DNA of 32,000 nt, taken from NCBI RefSeq assembly GCF_025643275.1, contig NZ_CP089977.1, positions 1,140,001-1,172,000 on the forward strand, in the 5' to 3' direction. The notes below the pieces were generated by a model. It made no database searches. It saw nothing but the letters and a program-made list of their open reading frames with translations, and had not been told where the DNA came from. The DNA comes from Moraxella nasicaprae (GTDB lineage Bacteria > Pseudomonadota > Gammaproteobacteria > Pseudomonadales > Moraxellaceae). The position numbers and the translations under genes were made by a program. Positions 18,635-26,421 of this stretch are shown one piece after another (position 1 is the stretch's first letter; each line of letters starts with the position of its first letter).

Positions 18635-20290
18635 ATGTTGTCTATGAAACAATCCACTTTATCAACCCTGCTATGGCAGACGCACCAATCCGCCCTATGG
18701 CAGGTGGTTCTTCTCAATCTCATCAACGCACTGGTTAATGTGGGCGTGTTGGCGTTCATTCATCACTATTTGTTTGATGCTCACTTTGTCATGGATGATT
18801 TGTGGTGGTTTTTTGGGCTGATTGCATTACTGCTTTTGACGACATTTTTGTCACAATATGCCTTGACGGTTTTGGGGCATCGTTTTATGTTTGGTCTTAA
18901 AACAACGCTCATTGAACGATTGCTCAACACCAATCATCAAACTTTGATGCAAATTGGCACGCCCAAAATTTTGGCAAGTTTATCCAATGACATACAAAGC
19001 ATCACCATGGCGTTTGTCCGCTTACCAGAGCTGGCACAAGGTCTGATTGTCTGTGCGGTAGTGATGGTGTATTTGGGCAGTTTGTCGCTTGGGCTATTGG
19101 TGGCGGTGAGTATTTGGGTGGGTATCACGCTGTGGCTGAGCAAGGTGCTGGTTCATCGAGTGTATGCACATTTGACGAGTTTGCGACACATCGATGATGA
19201 GCTTTATGGCGATTATCAAGCGGTGCTAGATGGTCATCAAGGCTTGACGCTCAACAAAGCACGAGCCAGACGACTTCATCTTGGTTTTATGAACAAAGCC
19301 AGCACCTACCAAAAACACATCATCAAGGCAGATACTTATCATTTATCAGCGGTAAATTTTTCCAACATTTCGTTGTTTGGGTCATTGGGGCTGGTGATGG
19401 GGCTGACTTACTGGCTTGATTTGCCATTTGAGGTTGGGATTACTTTTGGTTTTGCGATTTTATTCTTGCAATCGCCTTTATTAAAGGCAGTTGGTGCATA
19501 CCCTGTTTGGCAAACTGCCAAAGTCGCTTTTGATAAAATCAATGCATTACAACTACCAACAACTACCCAGTCTTTGCCACAACGACCACCGACACATTGG
19601 CGGCAAATCGTGTTGCATGATGTCAGCTATGGCTATGATGATGGTCATTTTGCACTCAAACAGGTTAATCTGACCTTAAATCGTGGCGAGACGCTGTTTT
19701 TGATTGGTACTAATGGTTCTGGCAAATCCACGCTTGCCAATGTTTTGTTGGGATTTGCCACGCCTCAAACAGGCACGATATACATTGACGACACACCAAT
19801 CCATGCTGATGATATGAGAGATTATCAGGGGCTATTTTCGGCAATTTTTGTGGATTTTTATTTGTTTGATGCCTTGCTTGGCAAAGAAGATGAGTTGGTT
19901 GATGAGAGCTGGTATCAGGCATGGCTACATCGCTTGCAGTTAGATGATAAAGTTGAAATTGTTGATGGCATCATCAAAAATAATCATCTTTCTACGGGGC
20001 AAAAAAAGCGTCTTGCATTACTGATTGCCATCTGTGAGCAACGAGATATTTTGTTGCTTGATGAATGGGCAGGCGAGCAAGATCCTCATTATCGACATTA
20101 TTTTTATCAAACCATTTTGCCAATATTGCAGGCGATGGGCAAAACGTTGTTCGTGATTAGTCATGATAATGCTTATTTTGACCAAGCAGACAGATTGTTT
20201 GAGATGAGAGGTGGTGTACTTAAAGAGTTGGTGGGCGATGATAGGGTGCAAGCCAGTCAAGGGGCGGTGGCACATTTAAGCAATAAGTGA
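18635..20290 (+). CDS. Fused permease/ATPase ABC protein of the cyclic-peptide/siderophore exporter type (YojI/PvdE-like)
   Basis: N-terminal six-TM-type domain followed by an NBD. Walker A GTNGSGKST, signature LSTGQKKRLALL, and the atypical Walker B region LLLDEWAGEQDPHYRHYFY, which I recognise from E. coli YojI (DEWAADQDPHFR). The start is taken at ATG 18635 (18644 is also possible); the track ORF starts at TTG 18617, inside the hairpin. Confidence 0.8.
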   Translation: MLSMKQSTLSTLLWQTHQSALWQVVLLNLINALVNVGVLAFIHHYLFDAHFVMDDLWWFFGLIALLLLTTFLSQYALTVLGHRFMFGLKTTLIERLLNTNHQTLMQIGTPKILASLSNDIQSITMAFVRLPELAQGLIVCAVVMVYLGSLSLGLLVAVSIWVGITLWLSKVLVHRVYAHLTSLRHIDDELYGDYQAVLDGHQGLTLNKARARRLHLGFMNKASTYQKHIIKADTYHLSAVNFSNISLFGSLGLVMGLTYWLDLPFEVGITFGFAILFLQSPLLKAVGAYPVWQTAKVAFDKINALQLPTTTQSLPQRPPTHWRQIVLHDVSYGYDDGHFALKQVNLTLNRGETLFLIGTNGSGKSTLANVLLGFATPQTGTIYIDDTPIHADDMRDYQGLFSAIFVDFYLFDALLGKEDELVDESWYQAWLHRLQLDDKVEIVDGIIKNNHLSTGQKKRLALLIAICEQRDILLLDEWAGEQDPHYRHYFYQTILPILQAMGKTLFVISHDNAYFDQADRLFEMRGGVLKELVGDDRVQASQGAVAHLSNK

Positions 20291-20304
20291 CCGATGTCGC
20301 CAAG

Positions 20305-21141
20305 TTAGGCGGGCTGATGGTGCGTTTGTTTGATTTTATTGATGAGCATCGCACCCATAAATAGCACCGCCTGACACAGTACAATGGTTGCCCCTGTTGC
20401 CGAATCCAAATGAAAACTTGCCAAAACACCAACCGTACTACTAATAATGCTACTAATAATAGCAATGGCAAGCATTGGCAAAAAGCGTTTGGTTAATAAA
20501 AAGGCGGTAATCCCCGGGCTGATGAGCATCGCCACCACCAAAATGACCCCCACCGCATTCATCGCCACCACAATAGTTGCACACAGCAAAATAAGCAGTC
20601 CATAATGCAAGGCACTGACAGGCAAGCCTGCGATTCTGGCTTGGGCGGCATCAAAGGCGTACAATAAAAAATCACGGTATTTAATCAAAATCAAAAGCAG
20701 CACCGCCACCGATACCGCCACCACCTGCCAAAGCAGGGCATTTGAAATACCCAAAAGATTACCAAACAAAATGTGCTTTAAATGCTCGCCTGTGTTTAAT
20801 TTGGTAAATGCTACCAACCCAAAGGCAAACATTGACGAAAAGACAATACCCATCAGGGTGTCTTCTTTGATACGAGTGTTGTTTTTTAAAAATCCGACTG
20901 ACACCGCACACAAAATCCCTGCCAAAAACGCCCCCAGCATTAAGGGTAAGCCCAAAATACTTGCCACCACCACGCCCAAAAACACGCCGTGACTGATGGC
21001 ATCGCCCATCAACGACCAGCCCTTTAAAACGACAAAACAAGACAGCACCGCACAAACAGACGACACCGCAATGGCGGCAATCAAGGCGTGTTGCATAAAG
21101 GTATGGGCAAGGGGGTCTAGGAAAAATTGGGTTGGGGTCAT
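20305..21141 (-). CDS. afeD: Metal (Fe/Mn) ABC transporter permease, YfeD/AfeD-like
   Basis: 278 aa and polytopic, ABC-3 family character (LLGISN, GLLILLCATIVVAMNAVGVILVVAMLISPG). It overlaps the upstream permease gene by 4 nt (ATGA). Confidence 0.8.
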   Translation of the reverse strand: MTPTQFFLDPLAHTFMQHALIAAIAVSSVCAVLSCFVVLKGWSLMGDAISHGVFLGVVVASILGLPLMLGAFLAGILCAVSVGFLKNNTRIKEDTLMGIVFSSMFAFGLVAFTKLNTGEHLKHILFGNLLGISNALLWQVVAVSVAVLLLILIKYRDFLLYAFDAAQARIAGLPVSALHYGLLILLCATIVVAMNAVGVILVVAMLISPGITAFLLTKRFLPMLAIAIISSIISSTVGVLASFHLDSATGATIVLCQAVLFMGAMLINKIKQTHHQPA

Positions 21142-21995
21142 TGTATCGGCTCCTGATGTTTGGCAAGCCGTTTTTGTCTTAAATACCCAAACTTACTTGA
21201 AAACAAAAACGCCAAAATAAACAAAATCCCCTGCAAAGACACAATCACACCGCCTGTCGCCCCATCAAGAAAATAGGATAGATAGACACCCAGTCCGCCA
21301 GTTACCACGCCAATGGCGATGGCGATTTTGATGATTTGTGAAAATTTATCGGAAAGCTGATAAGCGGTTGCCCCTGGGGTTACCACCATTGAGATGACCA
21401 AAATCGCCCCCACCGTCTGCAAACTTGCCACCACACACGCCGACAGCAAACTAAAAAATAAAACCTTTAAAACTTTGGGATTTAGTCCGCTTGCCACCGC
21501 TTGCACTTCATCAAAAAAAGTTAAGGTTAAGTCTTTGAAAAATATTACCAAAAATAAAAAAGCCACCGCCATCACCACGCCCACTTGCCAAACATCGGAG
21601 CTGGCAATGCCCAAAATATTACCAAAAATAATCTCTTGCACATTGACCGCCGTTGGGTTGATGGAGATGATAAACAAGCCTAAGGCAAAAAAGAAAGTAA
21701 AAATAAAGCCAATGACCGCATCTTCTTTTAGGGCGGTGATGGATTTAATCCAAAGAATTGCCAAAGTCGCCAAAAACCCTGACAAAAACGCCCCCACCGC
21801 AAAGGGCAATCCAAGTGCATAAGCAATCGCCACCCCTGGCACAACAGCGTGCGAGAGGGCATCGCCAATCAAAGACCAGCCCTTTAACATCAAAAAACAC
21901 GACAAAAACGCACACACTCCCCCAACAGCGGCACTCATCACCATTGCCGTGTTCATATAGTCATAAGAAAAGGGTTCAAAAAGCAGTTCAATCAT
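21138..21995 (-). CDS. afeC: Metal (Fe/Mn) ABC transporter permease, YfeC/AfeC-like
   Basis: Polytopic ABC-3 family paralogue of the downstream gene. The ATG at 21995 has GGGGA upstream and overlaps the ATPase stop. The track ORF extends to 22010. Confidence 0.8.
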   Translation of the reverse strand: MIELLFEPFSYDYMNTAMVMSAAVGGVCAFLSCFLMLKGWSLIGDALSHAVVPGVAIAYALGLPFAVGAFLSGFLATLAILWIKSITALKEDAVIGFIFTFFFALGLFIISINPTAVNVQEIIFGNILGIASSDVWQVGVVMAVAFLFLVIFFKDLTLTFFDEVQAVASGLNPKVLKVLFFSLLSACVVASLQTVGAILVISMVVTPGATAYQLSDKFSQIIKIAIAIGVVTGGLGVYLSYFLDGATGGVIVSLQGILFILAFLFSSKFGYLRQKRLAKHQEPIQ

Positions 21996-23016
21996 CGCCA
22001 TTTTCCCCATTTTTCTTAGGATTTGGTTCGTTTTGTAGGGTTTTGGGGTTATAAATAATGGGGGCTTGCAGGTGCTGTTTGGGGCTGGCTCTGTGGTAAT
22101 TTTTACTCATATTCTTTTTGGCAATCTCGTCTTGGCAACTGGCATCGCAATTATCATTGCCATAAAACACCGCAGGCACTTCATCGTCCGCCAAAATGGT
22201 AACACTTCTGGTATCATCATCATTGTGCAAATCCTTACCGCCCAAGCGAATTTGCCGTAGCACCCCACCAAACACCTTCGCCAAATTCTCCTGCGTAAAG
22301 GTGCTTGCCGTGTCGCCCACCGCCAAAACGGTGCGATTTATCATCACCACTTGGTCGCAAAACTCTGGGATTGTGCCTAAGTTGTGCGTAGAAATCAGCA
22401 CCAAATGCCCACTTGCTTTTAATTCTAATAACAAGGTCATAATCGCCTGCTCGGTCTTGACATCAACCCCTGTAAAGGGTTCATCAAGCAGGATAATTTT
22501 GCTTTCTTGGGCAAGCGAACGAGCCAAAAACACCCGCTTTTTTTGACCGCCAGACAGCTCACTGATTTGCCGATTTGCCAGACTTTCAATACCCACCCTT
22601 GCCATCGCCTCACGCACTTTGTCTTTATCACGCTGTTTGGGCATTCTTAAAAAATTCATATAGCCATACCGCCCCATCATTACCACATCAAGCACCGACA
22701 CAGGAAATTGCCAATCCACTTCTTCGGCTTGGGGAACATAGGCGACAAGGTTTTGTTTTAGGGCTTTTTTGATGGGCAAATTGCACAGTTTGATTTGTCC
22801 TGTTGTGGGCGTAACCAGCCCCATAATGGACTTAAACAGCGTGGATTTGCCCGAGCCATTGACCCCCACCAAGGCACAAATCGTCCCCCCAGTTAGGTCA
22901 AAATTGACATCGTTTAGGGCGGTGTGTCCGTTGGGATAGCGGACAGAGACATTGGCAACGCTAATACTGGTGGTGGTCATAGGGCAACTTATAATTCCAT
23001 TATTGGATTGGGGCAT
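21988..23016 (-). CDS. afeB: Metal (Fe/Mn) ABC transporter ATP-binding protein, YfeB/AfeB-like, with a long low-complexity C-terminal tail
   Basis: Walker [10 protein letters not shown], signature [15 protein letters not shown], Walker [13 protein letters not shown]-loop STHNLG. The start is uncertain (23016 or 22980), and neither has a clear SD. Confidence 0.85.
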   Translation of the reverse strand: MPQSNNGIISCPMTTTSISVANVSVRYPNGHTALNDVNFDLTGGTICALVGVNGSGKSTLFKSIMGLVTPTTGQIKLCNLPIKKALKQNLVAYVPQAEEVDWQFPVSVLDVVMMGRYGYMNFLRMPKQRDKDKVREAMARVGIESLANRQISELSGGQKKRVFLARSLAQESKIILLDEPFTGVDVKTEQAIMTLLLELKASGHLVLISTHNLGTIPEFCDQVVMINRTVLAVGDTASTFTQENLAKVFGGVLRQIRLGGKDLHNDDDTRSVTILADDEVPAVFYGNDNCDASCQDEIAKKNMSKNYHRASPKQHLQAPIIYNPKTLQNEPNPKKNGENGDD

Positions 23017-23029
23017 TTATTTTAAAAGA

Positions 23030-23048
23030 TAATGAGCATTTTTTAAAG
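23030..23048. promoter_or_regulatory. Marginal Fur-box-like site just upstream of afeB
   Basis: GATAATGAGCATTTTTTAA matches the 19-bp Fur consensus at 12/19, with the first 8 positions perfect. Confidence 0.25.
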
Positions 23049-23109
23049 TGATTTTTGTAAGGGTTTTTGATTGAAAAAATCAATCGTTTTTTAAAGTGCT
23101 TAGACAAAG

Positions 23110-23418
23110 TCAAATGCTGGCAATTGCAGCCATGACAAAAAACGCACTTGCCACATACAGCCATTGCAAAACGGCAATGAGTAAAAATTTATATCGCCAA
23201 TTTACCCCGCTAATTATCATCGTGGCAAGCATTGCCATAAATGCAACAATAGCTGTTTCTGGCAATACAAAAGGAGCAAATACACCTGCAAACAATCCTG
23301 CTAAGGTATCTAATAATGAGCTTTCTGATACCAAATATTGATAAAACACAAAACCAATATAATAAATCCAAGATGATAATGCTATCAAATACTTAATACT
23401 GCTTTTGGTTATTTTCAT
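23110..23418 (-). CDS. Small hydrophobic membrane protein (102 aa, 3-4 predicted TM), unknown function
   Basis: An intact ORF in operon orientation between afeA and afeB, with hydrophobic helices throughout. It has no clear SD and is visibly more AT-rich than the flanking genes. Confidence 0.45.
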   Translation of the reverse strand: MKITKSSIKYLIALSSWIYYIGFVFYQYLVSESSLLDTLAGLFAGVFAPFVLPETAIVAFMAMLATMIISGVNWRYKFLLIAVLQWLYVASAFFVMAAIASI

Positions 23419-23443
23419 AGACTGTTATTTGACTTTTAATTAT

Positions 23444-23659
23444 TCAAAACAAAATCCATCTAATCACAACCAGCACCGCCCCAATGACGGTCAGAACATT
23501 CACCAAATAATGATAGGATTGATGTAATTTGCTGTGAAAATGGGGTTTTGCCAACTGTCTGTTTTTCTTAAAAATCAAGCGATGATAAGAATCATTGATA
23601 AACCAATCAACGATGATTAAAAAGATAATGGCGGTTGTGATGGGGTTTAGCCAGTCCAT
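23444..23659 (-). CDS. Small membrane protein (71 aa, 2 TM) with a His-rich connecting loop, unknown function
   Basis: TM1 is ITTAIIFLIIVDWFI and TM2 is LVNVLTVIGAVLVVIRWILF. The loop SYHRLIFKKNRQLAKPHFHSKLHQSYHY carries 5 His. A weak GGA SD and an extended -10 (TGTTATAAT) lie upstream. Confidence 0.45.
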   Translation of the reverse strand: MDWLNPITTAIIFLIIVDWFINDSYHRLIFKKNRQLAKPHFHSKLHQSYHYLVNVLTVIGAVLVVIRWILF

Positions 23660-23686
23660 TATTTATCCAAAAATCAACTTCTTGCC

Positions 23687-23695
23687 ATTATAACA
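23687..23695 (-). promoter_or_regulatory. Extended -10 element (TGTTATAAT) upstream of the small-ORF pair
   Basis: On the minus strand the sequence reads TGTTATAAT, a perfect TGnTATAAT, about 28 nt upstream of the 71-aa ORF start and directly after the afeA-distal hairpin. Confidence 0.4.
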
Positions 23696-23696
23696 T

Positions 23697-23720
23697 AAAG
23701 GGCGAAACAACCCGCCCTTT
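23697..23720 (-). terminator. Terminator-like hairpin after afeA
   Basis: An 8-bp stem, AAAGGGCG (23697-23704) with CGCCCTTT (23713-23720), and an 8-nt loop. On the minus strand it is followed by a weak U-rich tail (UUUAUGUUAU). Confidence 0.5.
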
Positions 23721-23731
23721 ATGTGATTTGC

Positions 23732-24679
23732 TTATTTACTTGCACTCTCAAACCCATCGGCAATGGTGCTGACCGTAACATTTAACAAGTCCAAATAAGT
23801 CGGCACTTTGCCACCGCTTTCAGATAGGCTATCTACATATAATACGCCACCATATTTTGCTCCTGTCTCTTTGGCGACTTGCTGCATTGGCTTATCGCTG
23901 ATGGTGCTTTCACTAAATACCACAGGGATTTTGTGGGTTTTGACCGTGTCAATCACCGCCTTGACCTGCTGGGGCGTGCCTTGTTGCTCAGCATTGACCG
24001 CCCAAATATAGACCTCTTGTAGCCCATAATCTTTTGCCAAATAACTAAACGCCCCTTCACTGGTAACCAGCCAGCGGTATTCTTGGGGGATTTTGCTTAG
24101 TTTTTCACGCAAAGGGGTGTCTAAGTCCTTGATTTTTTGGGCATAATCTTGGGCGTTTTTGGTATAGGCATCAGCATTGGCAGGGTCGGCTTTAATCAGG
24201 GCATTTTTGATATTTTCTACATAAATCAAGCCGTTAGAGGGCGACATCCAAGCGTGCGGATTGGGCAAATCCTTGTACGCTCCCTCTTTGATGGGCAAAG
24301 GCGTGATGCCTTCGGTAACGGTGGCACTTGGCACATTTTTGGCATTTTCATAGAATTTATCAAACCAGCGTTCTAAGTTTAGCCCATTATGCAAAATCAG
24401 TCCTGCATTTTGCACTCGTGCGATGTCTTGGGGGGTTGGCTCATAGTCGTGAATCTCCGCCCCTGCTTTGGTGATGGAGACCACTTCGGCTTTGTCGCCA
24501 GCGACATTTTGGGCAATGTCGGCAATGACGGTAAAGGTCGTGGCAACCACCAGTTTGTCAGACTGCTGTGCTTGCGTGCCAGCCTGCTGGTCTTGACCAC
24601 AGCCAAATAATAATGCTAGACTAGCGGAAAGTGCTAGTGTTTTTAGGATATTTTTCACCACTGTTCTCCATTGTTGCAT
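23732..24679 (-). CDS. afeA: Metal (Fe/Mn/Zn) ABC transporter substrate-binding lipoprotein, cluster A-I, YfeA/AfeA-like
   Basis: Very close collinear similarity to Yersinia YfeA as I recall it (TTFTVIADIAQNVAGD, SITKAGAEIHDYEPTP, NPHAWMSPSN, WLVTSEGAFSYLAKDY, PVVFSESTIS, GGVLYVDSLS). Lipobox LFGC. GTG starts at 24661 or 24658, preceded by TGGAGA, are probably the true start rather than the ATG at 24679. Confidence 0.9.
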   Translation of the reverse strand: MQQWRTVVKNILKTLALSASLALLFGCGQDQQAGTQAQQSDKLVVATTFTVIADIAQNVAGDKAEVVSITKAGAEIHDYEPTPQDIARVQNAGLILHNGLNLERWFDKFYENAKNVPSATVTEGITPLPIKEGAYKDLPNPHAWMSPSNGLIYVENIKNALIKADPANADAYTKNAQDYAQKIKDLDTPLREKLSKIPQEYRWLVTSEGAFSYLAKDYGLQEVYIWAVNAEQQGTPQQVKAVIDTVKTHKIPVVFSESTISDKPMQQVAKETGAKYGGVLYVDSLSESGGKVPTYLDLLNVTVSTIADGFESASK

Positions 24680-24694
24680 TTACGAATTATATAT

Positions 24695-24713
24695 GATAAT
24701 GATAATCATTTTT
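24695..24713. promoter_or_regulatory. Near-consensus Fur box in the afeA promoter
   Basis: GATAATGATAATCATTTTT matches GATAATGATAATCATTATC at 17/19. It lies immediately upstream of a TATAAT -10 (minus strand; plus coordinates 24686-24691). Confidence 0.8.
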
Positions 24714-24760
24714 AATTAAAAAAGCAAGTATTTTATCGGTCGATGTGTGATAAGCCTAAG

Positions 24761-24794
24761 AAAAATCCAGTCATACGGTTGTTTGACTGGATTT
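24761..24794 (-). terminator. Rho-independent terminator after the CycA-like permease gene (structurally bidirectional)
   Basis: An 11-bp perfect stem, AAATCCAGTCA (24763-73) with TGACTGGATTT (24784-94), and a 10-nt loop. There is a U-run on both strands. Confidence 0.75.
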
Positions 24795-24849
24795 ATTTTT
24801 TTGGCTAAACACGAAATGCTGACGCTAAGACTGTCAAAGGTGGGGCAAT

Positions 24850-26259
24850 TTAGGAGATTGATTGATGTTTTATCCAGCCCATATACACTCCCCAAAGCCC
24901 AAGCACCCATACAGGCACAAACGCCAAGCCTTTGACGGTATCAGGATTTTGACTAAACAAATACAAAACCCAGACAAAAAACACGAGCGTTAGATAAGAC
25001 AAGGCTTTGCCATAGGGCATTTTGTAGCTTGAAGTTTGGTGTAGGTGTGGGGCGGTTTTGCGATAGCGTAAATACGCCAGCAAAATCACCGCCCAAATCA
25101 AAATAAAGCACACCGATGACACCGTGCTAATCAGCACAAAGGCTTGTACCACATTATCCGCCCCATAAAGCAAAATAAAGCAGAGTGCCAAATACAATGC
25201 CGAATAAAGCACGCCATAGACAGGTACGCCTTTTTTGTTTAATTTTTCAAAGACTTTTGGGGCGTTGCCTTGTTTTGATAAACCATACACCATGCGAGAT
25301 GCCGAGTACAGACCGCTATTGGCACTAGAAACCCCTGCCGACAACGCCACAAAGTTGATGACCCCAGCCACCGCCCCAAAGCCAAGCAGTCCAAATAATT
25401 GCACAAAAGGGCTAATTCCCACCTGAATGTCGGTTAAAGGAATAATCGCCAAAATCACCGCCAAACTACCCACAAAGAAAATCGCCACACGCAAGGGAAT
25501 TTGGTTAATCGCTTTGGGCAGATTTTCTTTGGGATTGTTTGTTTCTGAACTTGCCGTGCCGACCAGCTCTGCCCCTGCATTGGCTTGTACGGCTAATTGA
25601 AAGGCGGCAAAAAACCCTGCCAAGCCTTGTGGCATAAAGTTTTGTGGATTGAATAAATTGCCAATATCCGCCCGATACTCGCCCACCTTTGCCCCTGTGA
25701 TGAGCAAAAAAAGCCCTGCACCAATGATGATAAACATTGTAATGACTTTGATAAGGGTAAGATAACTTTCCACTTCGCCAAACCATTTGACCGACAATAA
25801 ATTGACAAAAACAATCAATGCAATGTTCAAAGTCGCTGGCAACCAAAGAGCAATATCTGGATACCAAAACTGCATATAACCTGTCATCGCAACGGTATTG
25901 GCAATGGCAATAATCAGCCAGCACAGCCAGTAGCTCCATCCCACCACAAAGGACGCACCACGCCCCAAATAACGGTCAATCACATCAATAAAGGAGCGAA
26001 AATTTAAATCCGACAACAACAGCTCGCCCATCGCTCGCATTACCAAAAACACAAACAAGCCCACCAAAGCATAGACTATCAGCACCGAAGTGCCAGCCAA
26101 ACTGATGGTACGCCCAGCCCCTAAGAAAAACCCCGCCCCAATCACACCGCCAATGGAGAGCAGTTGTAAATGGCGAGCGTGCAATTGGCGGTTCATTTGG
26201 CGATTTGTAGCGGGTTTGTCATTGGTTAAGATGGGGGCTTTGAAACGGTTGGCTGACAT
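24850..26259 (-). CDS. APC-family amino-acid permease, CycA-like (D-Ser/D-Ala/Gly/beta-Ala transporter family)
   Basis: 12-TM-type protein. LSIGGVIGAGFFLGAGRTISLAGTSVLIVY and VMRAMGELLLSDLNFRSF closely parallel E. coli CycA (IAIGGAIGTGLFMGSGKTISLAGPSIIFVY, VMRAMGELLLSNLEYKSF). The start is taken at ATG 26259 (MSANRF); the track ORF extends to 26391. Confidence 0.85.
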   Translation of the reverse strand: MSANRFKAPILTNDKPATNRQMNRQLHARHLQLLSIGGVIGAGFFLGAGRTISLAGTSVLIVYALVGLFVFLVMRAMGELLLSDLNFRSFIDVIDRYLGRGASFVVGWSYWLCWLIIAIANTVAMTGYMQFWYPDIALWLPATLNIALIVFVNLLSVKWFGEVESYLTLIKVITMFIIIGAGLFLLITGAKVGEYRADIGNLFNPQNFMPQGLAGFFAAFQLAVQANAGAELVGTASSETNNPKENLPKAINQIPLRVAIFFVGSLAVILAIIPLTDIQVGISPFVQLFGLLGFGAVAGVINFVALSAGVSSANSGLYSASRMVYGLSKQGNAPKVFEKLNKKGVPVYGVLYSALYLALCFILLYGADNVVQAFVLISTVSSVCFILIWAVILLAYLRYRKTAPHLHQTSSYKMPYGKALSYLTLVFFVWVLYLFSQNPDTVKGLAFVPVWVLGLWGVYMGWIKHQSIS

Positions 26260-26421
26260 TTTGGCTGAACCTTGTTTGATTTTTTGGTCATTTTTGGCAA
26301 TAAAAAATCGCCAATTCCAAAATTTTGGAAAAGTTTGGATAGATTGGCGAATTTTTTGGTTGATAAAGCGTGAATGGGGCGTTGGGTGCAATCATGCACC
26401 GCCAAGTTTTACATTTCTTTT

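Noticed and set aside
21988-22230. The long C-terminal tail of AfeB (Asp/Cys/Asn/Pro/Lys-rich, overlapping afeC), considered as a possible frameshift or fusion.
   Set aside because: The frame is continuous. The proximal part (DLH.DDD..SVTIL.DDE.PAVFYG) looks like the conserved YfeB C-terminus as I remember it. The overlap with afeC (ATGATTGA) is a normal translational-coupling junction. I cannot judge the distal 45 aa without alignments.
26317-26328. The 12-bp palindrome CCAAAATTTTGG between tauD and the permease, and a related GCAAAATTTTGC at 29754-29765, considered as a possible shared operator.
   Set aside because: The same CCAAAATTTTGG also occurs inside the YojI-like coding region (18962-18973). 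The motif therefore looks like a chance product of AT-rich composition rather than a specific site.
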